Below are positions 14,401-27,700 of a stretch of 64,000 bases of DNA, piece after piece. The stretch covers positions 806,001 through 870,000 of the forward strand of contig JAQGDQ010000027.1 of NCBI GenBank assembly GCA_030141605.1, in the 5' to 3' direction. Made by a program: the position numbers and the translations under genes. This DNA comes from Tubiluchus corallicola (taxonomy: Eukaryota; Animalia; Priapulida). The notes beneath the pieces were generated by a model. It was not told where the DNA came from. It made no database searches and worked only from the letters and a program-made list of their open reading frames with translations. Numbering within the stretch: the stretch's first letter is position 1; every line of letters begins with the position of its first letter.

Positions 14401-17400
14401 AAAAAATACGCTCACGCCATATTATCATTGCTAGGCTGCTCGAGAGCCAAGTCAAGACCTGCTTGACCATGCACAGACAAACACGACTAAACTGAGAATT
14501 GTTCTCATTTTTGCATGTTATTGTTATTAAAATGGCAAAGACTAATCTGCAAGGCCAGTGTCCATGTCTACATGGTATTTCAACACACTTGGGTCTGGTT
14601 CACACAGCTCTGGACCTAGTAAGCTAATCGAAAATAGCTTGTAGGAAATGTAAATTGTAAACTAGAAACCAACTAGCCATACCAGTAAAATAAGATAAGT
14701 CAGGCCAGTCTCCCTCATTCTCCACAACATAAGTCAAGTTACTCAAAATTTCCTGAAAATAAACAAAATATTTCAGAAACATGTTACATATAGTATTAAG
14801 TTTAAATGTGCCTACTGAAGTTTGTATCTCATTGTGCTTATAACTACCTTTGTCAGATCTTTAGCTGTAAACCACTCAGCAGGAGCATGAAAATGAGCAC
14901 TAGCCGAATCACCCAATACTATGACGCCTAACTGTCCACTGTCTCCGCACAATTCCTCTTCAAATGGCTTGCCAGTGTCCGGATTCACACCCTACGTATT
15001 AATAGACTTTCACTAAACAGTGATCAGATCCACTTAGTATAAAAAGATAGAGAGCCATTATTTCGGGGAAATGGTAAAACAAACACCTTTTAATAAAGTT
15101 TACCGATTAATTATTGCATTAATTAGCAAAAAGATTGGCAAATAAATTTGCAGAGTCTTTTCTATTTAAAAACCATGATTTCGAATTCTGTTAGTGCATC
15201 GTTTCTGATAATGCAGAATCCTTGCGATGATCAACACATTTAACATGTGTTAGCAGTCGTATCAAAACTTCTTTGTTAAAGCATCAAATTTATACTTACT
15301 GTCTAAATAGCAGCATAGAATGAAATGAGAAGACAAATACAAATTAGGCCCATTATACAATTTCCCATGAATATTATTCAGTTATTTTATGTATCTCAGT
15401 ACTTTGAATTTTTAATATGTTTATTGACATAGTTCTACTTACATGTATGCCATTGCAATTTGAATCAGTTTTAATGTCGTCATCTGTTGGCCTATAAAAA
15501 CAAAAACAAGTATGAAAATCTTACAACTATTAAAATTAATAACAGCAAGTTACAAATAAAATCAAGGAAGTACAAACAAAATTTCACCTTTTACCGGGAT
15601 AAACAAATGCATCATTATCCCTGCAGTCCCTGCCTCTCCATGCTGTACCTCGTAATGCCTACACAAAAATACAATTGTAATACAAGATCAAAACAACAAC
15701 AATACATGTCAACAAATCATTGTTTCATAAATAAGGGAAATAGGCTAATACTTGCACTACAGTGTACCCATCTCACAATATACAGAAGTTTGCAACATCA
15801 TATTATTCAATTCATGTAAACATGTTTTGTTCCATATTTAAGTAATTGAAGTAATTGTATCACCTGATTTCATTCCTATTTGATCGTTACCATACGTCTA
15901 CACTATAAATACTTCTACGCTATAAAAACTTACACTATACTAGCACTCTATTGTACTCCTATTATTATTTATGCAGTTACCAGTAGTGCAATTACAAAAA
16001 CATTCTTGTCTTACCGGCAAAACACTAAAATTGTCTTTATCTTCATCAACACCAGGTTCATGATGACTAAATATGCTGTAACAAAACAAAAGAAATAGTA
16101 TTTCATATTTTACAAAAGAGCAGTACAAAATAACCGAACTTAGCAATGTGTCCAGCACATTTGCACAGATGTGATTTTTTCACATTGGCTACTGCAACAA
16201 GCTATATAGTAATCAACAGAAACCTAATATTTTTCTGTTAAATGAGACAAAATTACCTCCTAAAACCTCCACTGCAATAGAAGCATCACCAGACAAATTT
16301 ACTGACTAGACATACCCAACAACCTCTTTATAAGGCCAGTTTGCAGTTCAGCGGCAACTACAGTACAAGTTCAAGGTGTGCAAACAGCAGGAAAACAAAT
16401 CTTTGTACCTTATACTCAAAAGCAACTGAATGATATTCATAATTATAATATACACCCAGGTGATCTATAAGTACGTAAAAAATTCTGCAAACTATAAATA
16501 AGAAAGAATAAATTCGCTTACTCTATAAGAAACTGACATAGCTCCTTTATTCCAGGCCATGAACAAAGATCAGGCAGTTTAGTCAAGTTTTTCTGCAATA
16601 AAGTAAAATAAAACTTGAAAATCTCTGATTTATTAAAATAATTTCATATTGCTTTGGAATTGAAATAAACACCTAAAAATATTAAAGGAAAGGACAAGTC
16701 ACTTAGCATATTGGATTTACTTTTTTTACTGTTATCACCTAAACTTAGAAAAATGTAACAAAGAAATTTTCAAAAAACTGTCAATAAAGCATAAAGTTCA
16801 TTTATAGTACTGTTGAATTGGAATTTTCAGGCATCGTGGTTGCTGCCATTCACTTGAAAATTATGACATGGTGGACTTCGTGACTTTTCATAAGCGCATA
16901 GTGGCTTTCAGTAAGCACACGCTGCTTAAACTAATTAAAATTTCTGCAGTTCTAATATTCTTACAAAAATATCTTAAAATTAGCTGTCCTTATATTTTTA
17001 TAAAAACTTATTATACTTTTGATAGAAATTGACAGTGTACTGCCTTCTTCAACCGACAAATGACATTATTGGCAGAAAAATGGGCATTAAAAATATGAGC
17101 GCCAAACAGTGAAATGATCGCGACTTACTTTGCTAATTATAGGAGGCACTCATGACACTTTTATTAGCAAACTTTTCTAACATTTTCTGCAAACATTGAA
17201 AAAAGCTTAACTTCCTAAAGGGTCTGCCCTTTCCCTTAAATTACTACAACAAGACTCTAGGCAGCAACTTTTCATGCCAAACACAGCAAAACTGCTAGTA
17301 TTAAAATATCACCTTTTTTAAATGCTGGTTTATCTTTCGTCGAGCTTTCTTCAATGAAGTTCTGAACACAAACTGAAAATATTATTTAATGTTGAGATAA

Positions 17401-20400
17401 CCATTAGACAAAAAACACAAAACAATATCAAATACTAAAGATGTGCTAACCAAACAAAACTTACTAAGCAGAAAACAATTAATATTAGGATGTTAGGAAT
17501 AACTTATAATGCTTATATGGCAGTCTAACTTTACAGTGCAGTTACATTATAATCTAATTATGTTCAATTCTATTGGTGGCAACAAATTATACTAACTAAA
17601 TGATATAACTCACATCGTGTTCAGTCTAGAAAGTTTTCTCTTGCAAGGTAATTAAAACAAGCATTATCCATTCAGAACACTCTCAAAGAGAACTTACGAG
17701 AGCAAAATGTCTAGTCTGAATGTGCCATTATAGGGACTAGTAACAGACTGCATGCTTATAACAAATAAGTAAACAATTAGACATTGATCAACTCTCTTAA
17801 CTCTGTTTATAGTTTCTCTCTTAATCTATTAATGTCGTGAATATACCCAATTTACTTTATCCATGTATATCCTAAATTCTACTTTTTACAGTCACAAAGG
17901 CATAATAATATTTCAAATTTCATCTCTATTATGCTGACAATCATGAAAAATGGTTAGCCAGCCTTAAGTTAGTCTAGTGACACAGAGGCCCAGGCTTATG
18001 CACAGTGACTCTCAGAAATTATTTGTGCAGTTGTGCAAAAAACCTGAAGGCATTGTCATTTAGACAAAAATCGGCAAATTTCAGAATCAGACTAAGCAGA
18101 ATATAGGTTAAACGACAGTGTTGTTATTTCTATGTGTCTATGTTATTTCTAACCTGAGATAATCCACATTGAAGAAGCTAATCCACAAAAAAACAACGGC
18201 AAAATTGCTGCTTCTATAAGATACTATCGGTGTTTGAAAATACAAATGTATTCTACTTCATAATGTAATAGTAAAAAAGACAAGTCTCAAAAATGTTTCT
18301 TTTTCACAGGAGCTCGTCCATGAAGGATAAAAGCTCCCGTGAAACATGAAAATTTTTGAGACTTCATGGGCACTTTGACTTCTTTACGATTATGACCATG
18401 GCAAGTCTCGGAAGAGCACTATCTTATTTTCAAGCATCATAATGTAGTTTTAACTGTGCCAACTTATGGATGGTTTTGGTTTGCAAGCAACTTATAATTT
18501 CTTAGCTCATGTAAGATAATGACACAGTAGTGGCACTTACTTCATCCGGATAAGGAAAAAGATGGCATAGATATTTTCCACCAGAATCACTGTAACAGAC
18601 GCCTAAACTATGGCACACAACATCAGGTGTAACACTAACAGTAAATCTGTAAAAATCAATGAAACAGGAACAATTGTGTTAATGAAATGTGTACTACATG
18701 TACGCACTCAAAGCTCTGATTATTTTTTTGAACTTTACGCAACCTATTTAAAACTTGTTTAAAACGTCTTATCATTAACATGGCTGTGCCTAACAATCAT
18801 TACGGGAGCTTAAAGTCCGGAGTGCAATATATAAGACAACATGTAAATGTTCCAAGACGAACCTTCTAAGTTTTATTTTTGAAGAGTGTTTTCTTGTGCT
18901 TTAAATATACTTTAATGAAAATTCAACACTGTCCATCAAAATTCCAACAAACTACAGACTAATCAAACACTGAATTTGAAATTCAATTCGTTCATTGTGA
19001 CACACATGGAATACACTTAAAGTATCATGTACATAACACAGATGGCATGGATATATAATGTATCCATAAAGACACGAACATATTCCATAATTTCATTATC
19101 ACATTTTGCAATTGCTGCAACCTGCAATAAATCGACAATGTGTCCTATATACCGTGTAGTGCCACTATATTTCAGCCTTGGTGTTCGACAGTGGCGTCGC
19201 TATACGGGGTGTGGGCCGTATTGGATGACGCCATCCTGGGTGTGACACCATAAATATAAGTGTATTTTTTGTGGCATCACTGTGATGTCACATGAAAGAA
19301 GCTTTTCAAAGCTTAAACAAATCAAACACGACTTGCGATTCACAATGGGACAGTCAAGGCAATCTGATCTTTGCTATCTAATGTAATTGATTTTGATGAA
19401 GTAATTGACAAATTTGCAATGGTAAAGTCCAAGAATGATTGTTGCAATAATTAGTAAATACAGAATTGTATGAGTTTTAATGCCAGTTTATTTTGTTATT
19501 TCAACTAAGTAGTGTATTTTCATATGATTAAAAGTGTTGCTTCAACGTATAAATATCTCATATAGAAATTAAAAATATTAAAGTTTCATTTTTAAAATAA
19601 ACATTGTCAATGCACTAACGTGTTCTTAGCACTTTAACTCAGAAGGATGGAAAACAAAATGATGTTGTCTAGATGATGTTTCTCTTATTCGCCATGTAGG
19701 AAGTGCTAGCTACGTACGTAAGATACTACCTAAGGATTTTGTATGATACAGTATATGAGCTTCAACGCATGGGTGACACCATGAGTACCACAGCGGGTGA
19801 CACCAACCCTAGCGGTGCCCCTGGTGCTTGATATAGTTGGAGTAAATTTGATTTTTGGCTGAACGTTTGCTATAAAACCTACTATCTGTTTGATTTTAAT
19901 ATAATAATTAATTTTAATTTAATTATAAGCAAGTTATAATTTGCAAAAAGTGGCTTCTCGGTTATTTTTAAGTATTTTAGCCCTGTGGAACATAAAGTAA
20001 ACACACATACATATCTATAATAATTGGTCCAACAAAATCAACAGCTAATTTACAAGCAACATGAAACTTGTCAGGTAGGTAGTTGCACATTCTCTCCAAT
20101 GAGGTAGCAATGGTCTCATTATGTATTACAGACGTCTGCTCCAGTAAACCCATCACAACAGTGCAAGCTTCAAAAGTAAAACAAAAAGGAAAACATATTA
20201 GGATTTTTTAAACATACTTAGCACATACTAACCCTGACTCAAGCTATGAACTTTCAGTGAACTCAAAATCACGAGACAGTGCTAACAAGGGCAACAAACA
20301 TGCGTCGATTCTGTTTTAAGAACATTAAACTATTAACGAAATTATGGTTTACTTACTTGCACATTTCATCCCTCCATTAATTCCTCTCGCACAAACATTG

Positions 20401-20465
20401 TTTTCCCTGTAAGTGAAAAATGTGAAAAATAACAACAGAAAAAAAGAAAATTTCAAGCAGTTCAT
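8837..20465 (-). CDS. AOAH: Acyloxyacyl hydrolase (saposin-B plus GDSL/SGNH lipase), 18 exons, 574 aa
   Basis: Exons: 20465-20357, 20167-20011, 18646-18541, 17372-17313, 16592-16522, 16075-16015, 15658-15588, 15491-15443, 14991-14848, 14752-14683, 14190-14077, 13654-13618, 12765-12691, 12555-12480, 11177-10962, 10014-9912, 9808-9732, 8965-8837 (1725 nt, in frame). Contains a signal peptide, saposin cysteines, LRGTAWRGRDC, catalytic LGDSASAHF, GNDVCN, EPADGFHPNQ and C-terminal FGDQGGY*. Confidence 0.96.
11457..12171 (-). repeat. Copy B (inverted) of the same repeat, in AOAH intron 14, flanked by (TG)n on both sides
   Basis: Directly alignable to 5260-6025; both give the same spurious ORF MIMNKFFMLIFSLLSSLFR. 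Confidence 0.92.
16682..17239. mobile_element. Kolobok-like MITE (TTAA TSD, AGGAAAG TIR), copy 1
   Basis: TTAA|AGGAAAGGACAAGTC...CTTTCCC|TTAA; homologous along its length to 37476-37957. Confidence 0.7.
19189..19823 (+). mobile_element. hAT deletion derivative / MITE
   Basis: TIRs CAGTGGCGTCGCTA / TAGCGGTGCCCCTG, degenerate 8-bp TSD gtgttcga/gtgcttga, GGGTGACACC subterminal repeats, and an internal ERSFSKLKQIKHDLRFTMGQSR hAT dimerization-domain remnant. Confidence 0.85.
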
Positions 20466-20653
20466 TGCTTCCAACGTTCAGCAGCTGACTGAGCTAAGGA
20501 AATGACGTCAGCGGATGTTGATTTTTGCCACGTGATCCCCGCAAACTTTGAATTTGGAATAACTGACAGGTTGCGTTATATCTACAGGTTTTGTGACTAT
20601 TTTACGGTGGAAGTATTAATTTTGAGATTTTATGAAGCTCGTGTGTGACAAAC
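20466..20653. promoter_or_regulatory. Bidirectional promoter shared by AOAH and anillin: CRE, E-box, CDE/CHR
   Basis: 188 bp between the two ATGs. TGACGTCA at 20503-20510, CACGTG at 20529-20534, CCCGC-N4-TTTGAA at 20538-20552. Confidence 0.7.
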
Positions 20654-23600
20654 ATGAGTACCGATTCAATGATAGACGAGTTTACACTGGTATGTTTATA
20701 AGTTCTTTCTTTTAGCAATATGCATTTACACTTGAAGCAAGTAACCGTCATGCTAGTTTAATAAAGAAAAGAAGACTAGGACTACTGATTACCGGCATTA
20801 TTACATGATTGATAAATTTACTCTGGTGCCATTATAATTACTTCATGGTGAAATTCAAGCTTAAAATGCCCGTAGAAATCGTATCGTTAAACATGATGAC
20901 CATAGACGTAGAACATTCTCCAGTATAGATTACATTTGCACTTAATTTATTTAGCTCCTTATAAAAGATAAATGCAGTAAATATGTAACATGCTTTACAA
21001 TAATTAAATGTGGAGTGGTATAGAAATCCTATTAGATTTCTGGTAATTTCAGAATTGTGGAAAATCTTATTTGAGCGTATTGCAGTGTGTGACACATTAT
21101 TGGTCAGCTACCAGCTACCCTTTAACTATTTGTTATAGAAATTACTAGAAAAGACAAAGGCGCGAAAAGAGTGTCTTAGCAAGATGAACAACGAATCAGC
21201 TAGTCGTTCTAGAAAGCCACTAACAGAAGAATGTACAAATATTGACCACATTGATGGTAAGTGTGAAAGTGTGCATGCTGTTTTTTGTACTGTATCAGTT
21301 ATTGTTATTGTCATAAGTGTTGAAAGTATTGCTGGTGATATCATCAAGTACTTGGTCACAATTTATGGTGGTCAAGTAATTTAGCATTGCATCGTTTGGG
21401 CGTGTACAATATAAATCATTTAGATATTTGTATATATATATGTTGTCGATTGTTTGTAGTGGATAAGCCTACTGTGCGCAAGCACCTAACAAGTATTACT
21501 TCTGGTTCTTGCCAATATTATATGCATGTTGTCATATCAAATCATTAATATTAACTGTATATTTTTTTCTCATTGTTTCCAAATAAATGAAAAAAATAAA
21601 GTATGTGGCTGTTTGACTAAGACTATGTCACCTAAGCTCACATGGCCATTTCTCTATTAATTACAAACTTATCTACTTAAAAGACATTGATCAGCAAATA
21701 TTGATTTTAACTAGATAATCAGTTTATTTTTGATATACATATATATATATATATTGATAGTTTGACATTGTACGTTTTTTTGTATTTATGGCCCCTTACC
21801 TTATATGGTTATATGGTTTGAGGGATATTTATTATCAGAAAAGATATATACAAGATATTAAACCAGTTAAAAATCACCATTCAGTCAAACCAATGGAAGG
21901 CCTGATTCGTCTTATCATAAATACTATTTTGAGATTTGTCTGCCAAGCTTTTCTTTACACTTTTTACTTTACGAGTACTGGTATTTAAATTTGAAATTGA
22001 TTTTGCAACTGTTTAAATTATTAGAATTTATTGACTGACCAAAAGACCATAGATGTTCTCATGCCTATCTATGTCTTTTATATCTTTTTTTATATTAAAA
22101 TGCTATCATTCCTGTTTACAAGTTCCAACTACAATGCATAAAATGAACTCATTTTGCTCTTTTATCGATTACCATTGGTATTTGTAAGATTTCTTCATAT
22201 GTAGCACATAGGCTAAAATTTTTAAAAAAATTCTTCTTTCAGACGATGTTAAGAAGACCACGCAAAAGCCTGACACTCCTGCCATCCAGGGTGTTAGGTC
22301 AAGACTCAAGCAACTTGCTGAACAGAAACCATGGGAAGGAGGAGGTCAGACATTGCTTAATTTAACATACAAGAGTAGAAAATGTTGTAATTGAAAACTC
22401 AAAGCTGTTGTTCTGATAATTGAAAATTTTGGGCAGTCTTTAAATGATTCCTTTGGATTGCATTTGAACTTGTTACCCATAGTAATAGTTGATTGATTAA
22501 TTCGCGTTTTATACTCTTTTGTTAATTGTCGAATTTGTTTTGCTTTTTATTTTCCCTGTATATGACTCGTTTTAATTATAAAATTAAATCTTTACCCAAA
22601 TAAAAATTGACTAACATGCATTTATGTTGAATTTGCTCATCGGTAGTAATCTGATTTCTTTTTACTCTAATTTTTTCTGAAAGGAAGCCACATGTTATTC
22701 CTTTTCTCACGTTCACGGACAAACCTGGCAAGGAATTTTTTTACCGCGTGTGTTCATGCATATTTCACTCACGTTATTACAGTGTGACTTCCTAGTTAAA
22801 TTATAATCTTTAATTGTAAAAAGATCTGGCATAGGTAAGCCAAAAATGTATTTCTTGTGCTGTTTCACTTTTATCATGCATTTTCCACCTGATATTTTGT
22901 TTTTAGTAGCGTGACCTCAGATCTGTTATTGTTATTGTTCTCTCTAGGTGAAAATGTGATCGATGATTTGCCTGGACTTTTTCCTCGTGGAAATAGAAAC
23001 CAAAATGAAATTCTTACTAGTAATACCACTTCAGTAAACACAGGACGACAATTTCGCAGCAGCCGCTTAGCTAATCTCGCATCAACTATTAACAGCTGGG
23101 ATGATGATTACTCATATCACACTGTAGGGTCAGCCAATGCTAATAAGAGTCCCTTTAAGCCATTGAAGCCTGTGGATAATGCTGAAGATGTTTCTAATCC
23201 AGTACCGGAAAAACTGCCTAAGCTTGGTGCTAGTGGTACTTCTTCAAAGTCGCCTAAAATCAGTAAAACTGGGTAAGGTAATATTTAGTATTAATGGAGG
23301 AAATATTTCCCAGATTATATACTAACTGTATGTTTGTTTATCAACTACTAGTCTACTTTTTCTTAATTGAGAGTTTTCGCTACAATCATAGAATGCTTTT
23401 TTGGGATTGTGGGAATGGAACTGACGTCATGCTAACACAATCGCGCTGTTCATTAAATTTTTGATGTTTAGCAGCACCAATAGGATCAAAAGCACTTTTT
23501 AAGGCATTACTTACTCATGTGTAGATGAATGTGTAGTTAAAAGTTTTTTTTTTGCTAGACAGCAAATTGGCAATATTTTGCTGCTTTTTTGTCTGTAGAT

Positions 23601-24726
23601 GTCAAGAACCGTTGCATTGTTTCACGTATGCAAAATTTTTATGAACGACTAGGTTTGGTACTTCAACTAATAGAACCAATAATGAAGCAGTTCCTGCAAA
23701 ACCTCAAAGAACATTTGAAGATGAAAGCAGCGTATTACAAGAAAGAGAAATGAAAGAGCAGAACGAAGATAAGCCATTTTTCCAGGTATTTCATCATTCT
23801 TTACTACTAGTTAACAGTTCATCGACACAAGTGTAATGAAAGTCAAATTTTGTAATCTAAATTAGTCACTGTCTTGCATGAAAAATGTCTGGCACTATGT
23901 GAATGTCTTTACAGCTGTTAACCAACAAATTTCAATAAATACTGCATGTATAATCTACTATCAATTAACTAAGTTCTTGATTTTTCTAATTAAGCGTCCT
24001 TATCCATCTGTTAATTCTCCAATGTTGAAAACTTTTTAATTATACTTCACTGATTAGTTGAATGTATAATAGACTTGGTGGTGGATTTTATATGCTTAAA
24101 ACATTTTTTGCATGTTTAGATATTCCTTATTTCTTTAAACAAATAATGTAAAAAGTGACTGTGAAAACTGCATTGGCTCTATTCGTGGTAGACTGACTGA
24201 CATGAAATGTCAAACTTTAACCAAAGTTCTTGAATTTAATCGGAAATAACAAGGCAGTATGGGTTTGACGGTTTTGCCTTACAAATGAATTTGCATTTTT
24301 TCAGTCTGAAGAAAACATTGATCTTGTTTTAGATGGTAGAGGGAGCCAGGTAAGTGTAGCTGTATGCCTCTTGGATGTTGCTGATTACAATACACGAGTC
24401 GGCTCAGTTGCTTTGGAATTTCATTATGCATTACACAATACAGTCAATGCTTCAATGTGCTACTGATTCACTGTAACTGAAAATATTGTTCACTTGTTCA
24501 TTTTTTTTTAAATACTAAGTATCGTTAATTGTGTTTGCTTAGCAAATAGAGCAGTTTCTAGTGGCGTACATTCACTCTAATAATAACATTAAATAAAATA
24601 TTATCATATTCTTATTATTGTGCATATAAGCTAGTAGTTTAGTTCAACATGATAATGAATTTTGTTTGTTTTTTATTCGTTTTCTATAACTTGAAGGTTC
24701 TGGTTACCAGTCATATGTGAGGATTC

Positions 24727-24761
<35 letters not shown>

Positions 24762-27700
24762 CCCAACAAACTTAGTATTTCCAACCATGCTTTGGATTAC
24801 TGTATTTTCTATTAATCGATGATGCTTAACAGCGAATCAAGAGCAAGAGTTTTTGCATCATGATTTTATTTTCAACAAATATTTCAAATCCTTTTTCACA
24901 AAAGTTACTCAAAATTATGATTGCTTGCCAAATGGAACACTTATAACTTATTATTGTTGTACAACAATAATAATATATTGCTGCAATATTTATAACACTG
25001 TTATGTACGTAACTGCTTATATTGCCTGACATATCAGCACTAGTAACTGCACACATCCTAATCTTTTTTCCTACTTCTTTTTGCATGGCTGTTAATTTGT
25101 GTTATTAGTTTTTCTTAGCCCCATAGACTTTAAAACGTCTGTGTGAATAAAGTAATACTGTTTTCTTTTTATGTGCCTTCTCACTAGGCAAAATTATTAG
25201 GAACATAAATTGCTAATATAATCAAAGTTATATCTTTTGTAAACATACACACAACTTATCCCCTAAAATCTAAAAAACTATAATTTGTCATGAGAAAGGT
25301 CTATAACATTGTGAGGCACTGTGTAACAGGGTTGAACCGTGCCACTTCTTCATTCTACGTGAGGTTTCATTGATGTAGCAAAGATTTTGCTTTATTAATC
25401 TTATCTTCTCAATATTCTTATTTTGCATATGGTTTAGCATTTTTTCTCTTTTTGATAATAAATTTGTTTTTTTTTACTTTAGAAGGTGGATTTATTTATT
25501 ATTTGATCAAATTGTTGAGTTAGAACTTTTTTGTCAGTTTTACTTATTTTCAGTACTTCTATGGCATGCAGTGTCTAATGTAAGGTGTAATACTAACTTT
25601 AGGGAGTGCAACTGTTTTCAAATAATTGCAGGTACGCCTCAGGAAGACCCCATCAAAAGAGAAACAATCACGTGATGATGTAGTTAGCGCCATCACTGTT
25701 TTCGGGTTTGTGGAAGAAGACCAGCAAGTGCGACAAGCTAACGGAGTTCAAAACGAAAAAGTGAAGAACCTTTTACCTAGTACAGTTGAAGGCAAGAAGG
25801 ATACAGCCACTCCAGGAAGAAGAGAAATTGAAGCTGCTAGTAAAAATAACCAGGTAAACTTGCATTATTTTTAATGAATTCTTGTGATTTAACCATCTTC
25901 TTATCCACCTGTTTGCGCGGTTTCGTATAGATAAAAATGACGGCAATTTATAGTAACTAAAGTTTATTCTTTTTTAAACGTATCGTCCCAACTCTGACGT
26001 TGTTTATGCGATATGTGTAAAAATTAATAAATTTTAACTACTGTAAACCGTAAAATTGATGCTTGCTGGAAATGTTTCCAAATTTTGTGGGAACGCCCTG
26101 GCGCAATAATTTCCAGTTGTTTACTGGTTCTGTGTAGCAGAATGTCGGATAATACAGCAGTTAGCTAATCAGCACTGTTCTGTGTGGCAGAATGTCGGAT
26201 AATACAGCAGTTAGCTAATCAGCACTGTTCTGTGCGGCAGAATGTCGGATGAAACAGCAGTTAGATGTGCAGCAGTGTGCTGTGTAGCAGAATGTCGGAT
26301 GATACAGCAGTTAGCTGTGCAGCAGTGTGCTGTGTGGCAGAATGTCGGATGATACAGCAGTTAGCTGTGCAACAGTGTGCTGTGTAGCAGAATGTCGGAT
26401 GATACAGCAGTTAGCTGTGCAGCAGTGTGCTGTGTAGCAGAATGTCGGATGATACAGCAGTTAGCTGTGCAGCAGTGTGCTGTGTAGCAGAATGTCGGAT
26501 GATACAGCAGTTAGCTGTGCAGCAGTGTGCTGTGGGGCAGAATGTCAGATAATACAGCAGTTAGCTAATCAGCAGTGTGCTGTGTAGCAGAATGTCAGAT
26601 GATACAGCAGTTAGCTATGCAGCAGTGTGCTGTGTAGCAGAATGTCGGACGATACAGCAGTTAGCTATGCTGGAGTGCTCTGTGGCAGCACAGGTATTAG
26701 CGATCACCAATAAAAGGTGCCGCCTACATTTGTTGTTTTTCCTTTTTCTGAAAGTGTTGTTTTGATCCATGCCAGTATGTTTTTTAAGTTCGCAATTACA
26801 TAGTTAAGCTAGCGATCAACTACATTAGACAATGCATAATTTTCATTGGAATATTGCCTGGCAAAAATGTCATTTCCCAAACAAGGCTTTGTTTGAAGCG
26901 CAATTCACAATCATTCACGCATTCCGGTTTATAGTGGTTTAAATAAACAAATTTATTGTGCTTGCATTTGCAATATGTGGCAAGCTGTCATTGCAAAATT
27001 GTGTATTAATCATTAACCCAGGAACATTAATTGCTTCTTTTCGGTTTTTTCACATATATGCTGCTATATTATAGTGCACCTTATTTATTTATACAAACAA
27101 AATTACAGCTATCTAAAATCAGATTTCTCAGGGTTTAATTTCCCTTAGTTAGTTACACTCATCTAAATCTAAAATTTTCACTTTCAGAGATTAAAAACAA
27201 CAGTCCCGGGTACCAAAACTCCCGTAAAATTCGACAGGAACAGTGAATCAAGTGACGAAGCAGATTCAGAACATGATGTTTCCTCTAGTGGAATTAATGT
27301 ATCATCAATGTATAGCAAGTGGGAATCAAGATGTCGTCAAAATGCTTCTGGTATGTTTAACTTTAACTACTCTTGCAGTCAACAAATAATGACTTAATGT
27401 TATAGCAAAGTAAATGAAAAAGTAAACTAGACTGACACTCAGTGCAGCTCAGAATTCCAGCGAGGCTTGCAATGTAGCTCTAATTTGTTTAGCTACTCAT
27501 TGACGATGATTATTATGATTATGATGATGATCTGGTTTTCCACATAAACTACACGATTGCTTAAGTGAGACGTCACCATCTCCTTAATGACACACATTCC
27601 CGCTTTTTGAGCACTGTATTATGATGTCACTTGGAATTTTCTCATGAAGCCTATAGTTAACGAATTAAAATCTTAATCTATGTTGTCAAAATTGAAAGCT

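Noticed and set aside
26126-26692. Possible CRISPR array
   Set aside because: Pure tandem repeat with no unique spacers, in a eukaryotic intron, with no cas genes.
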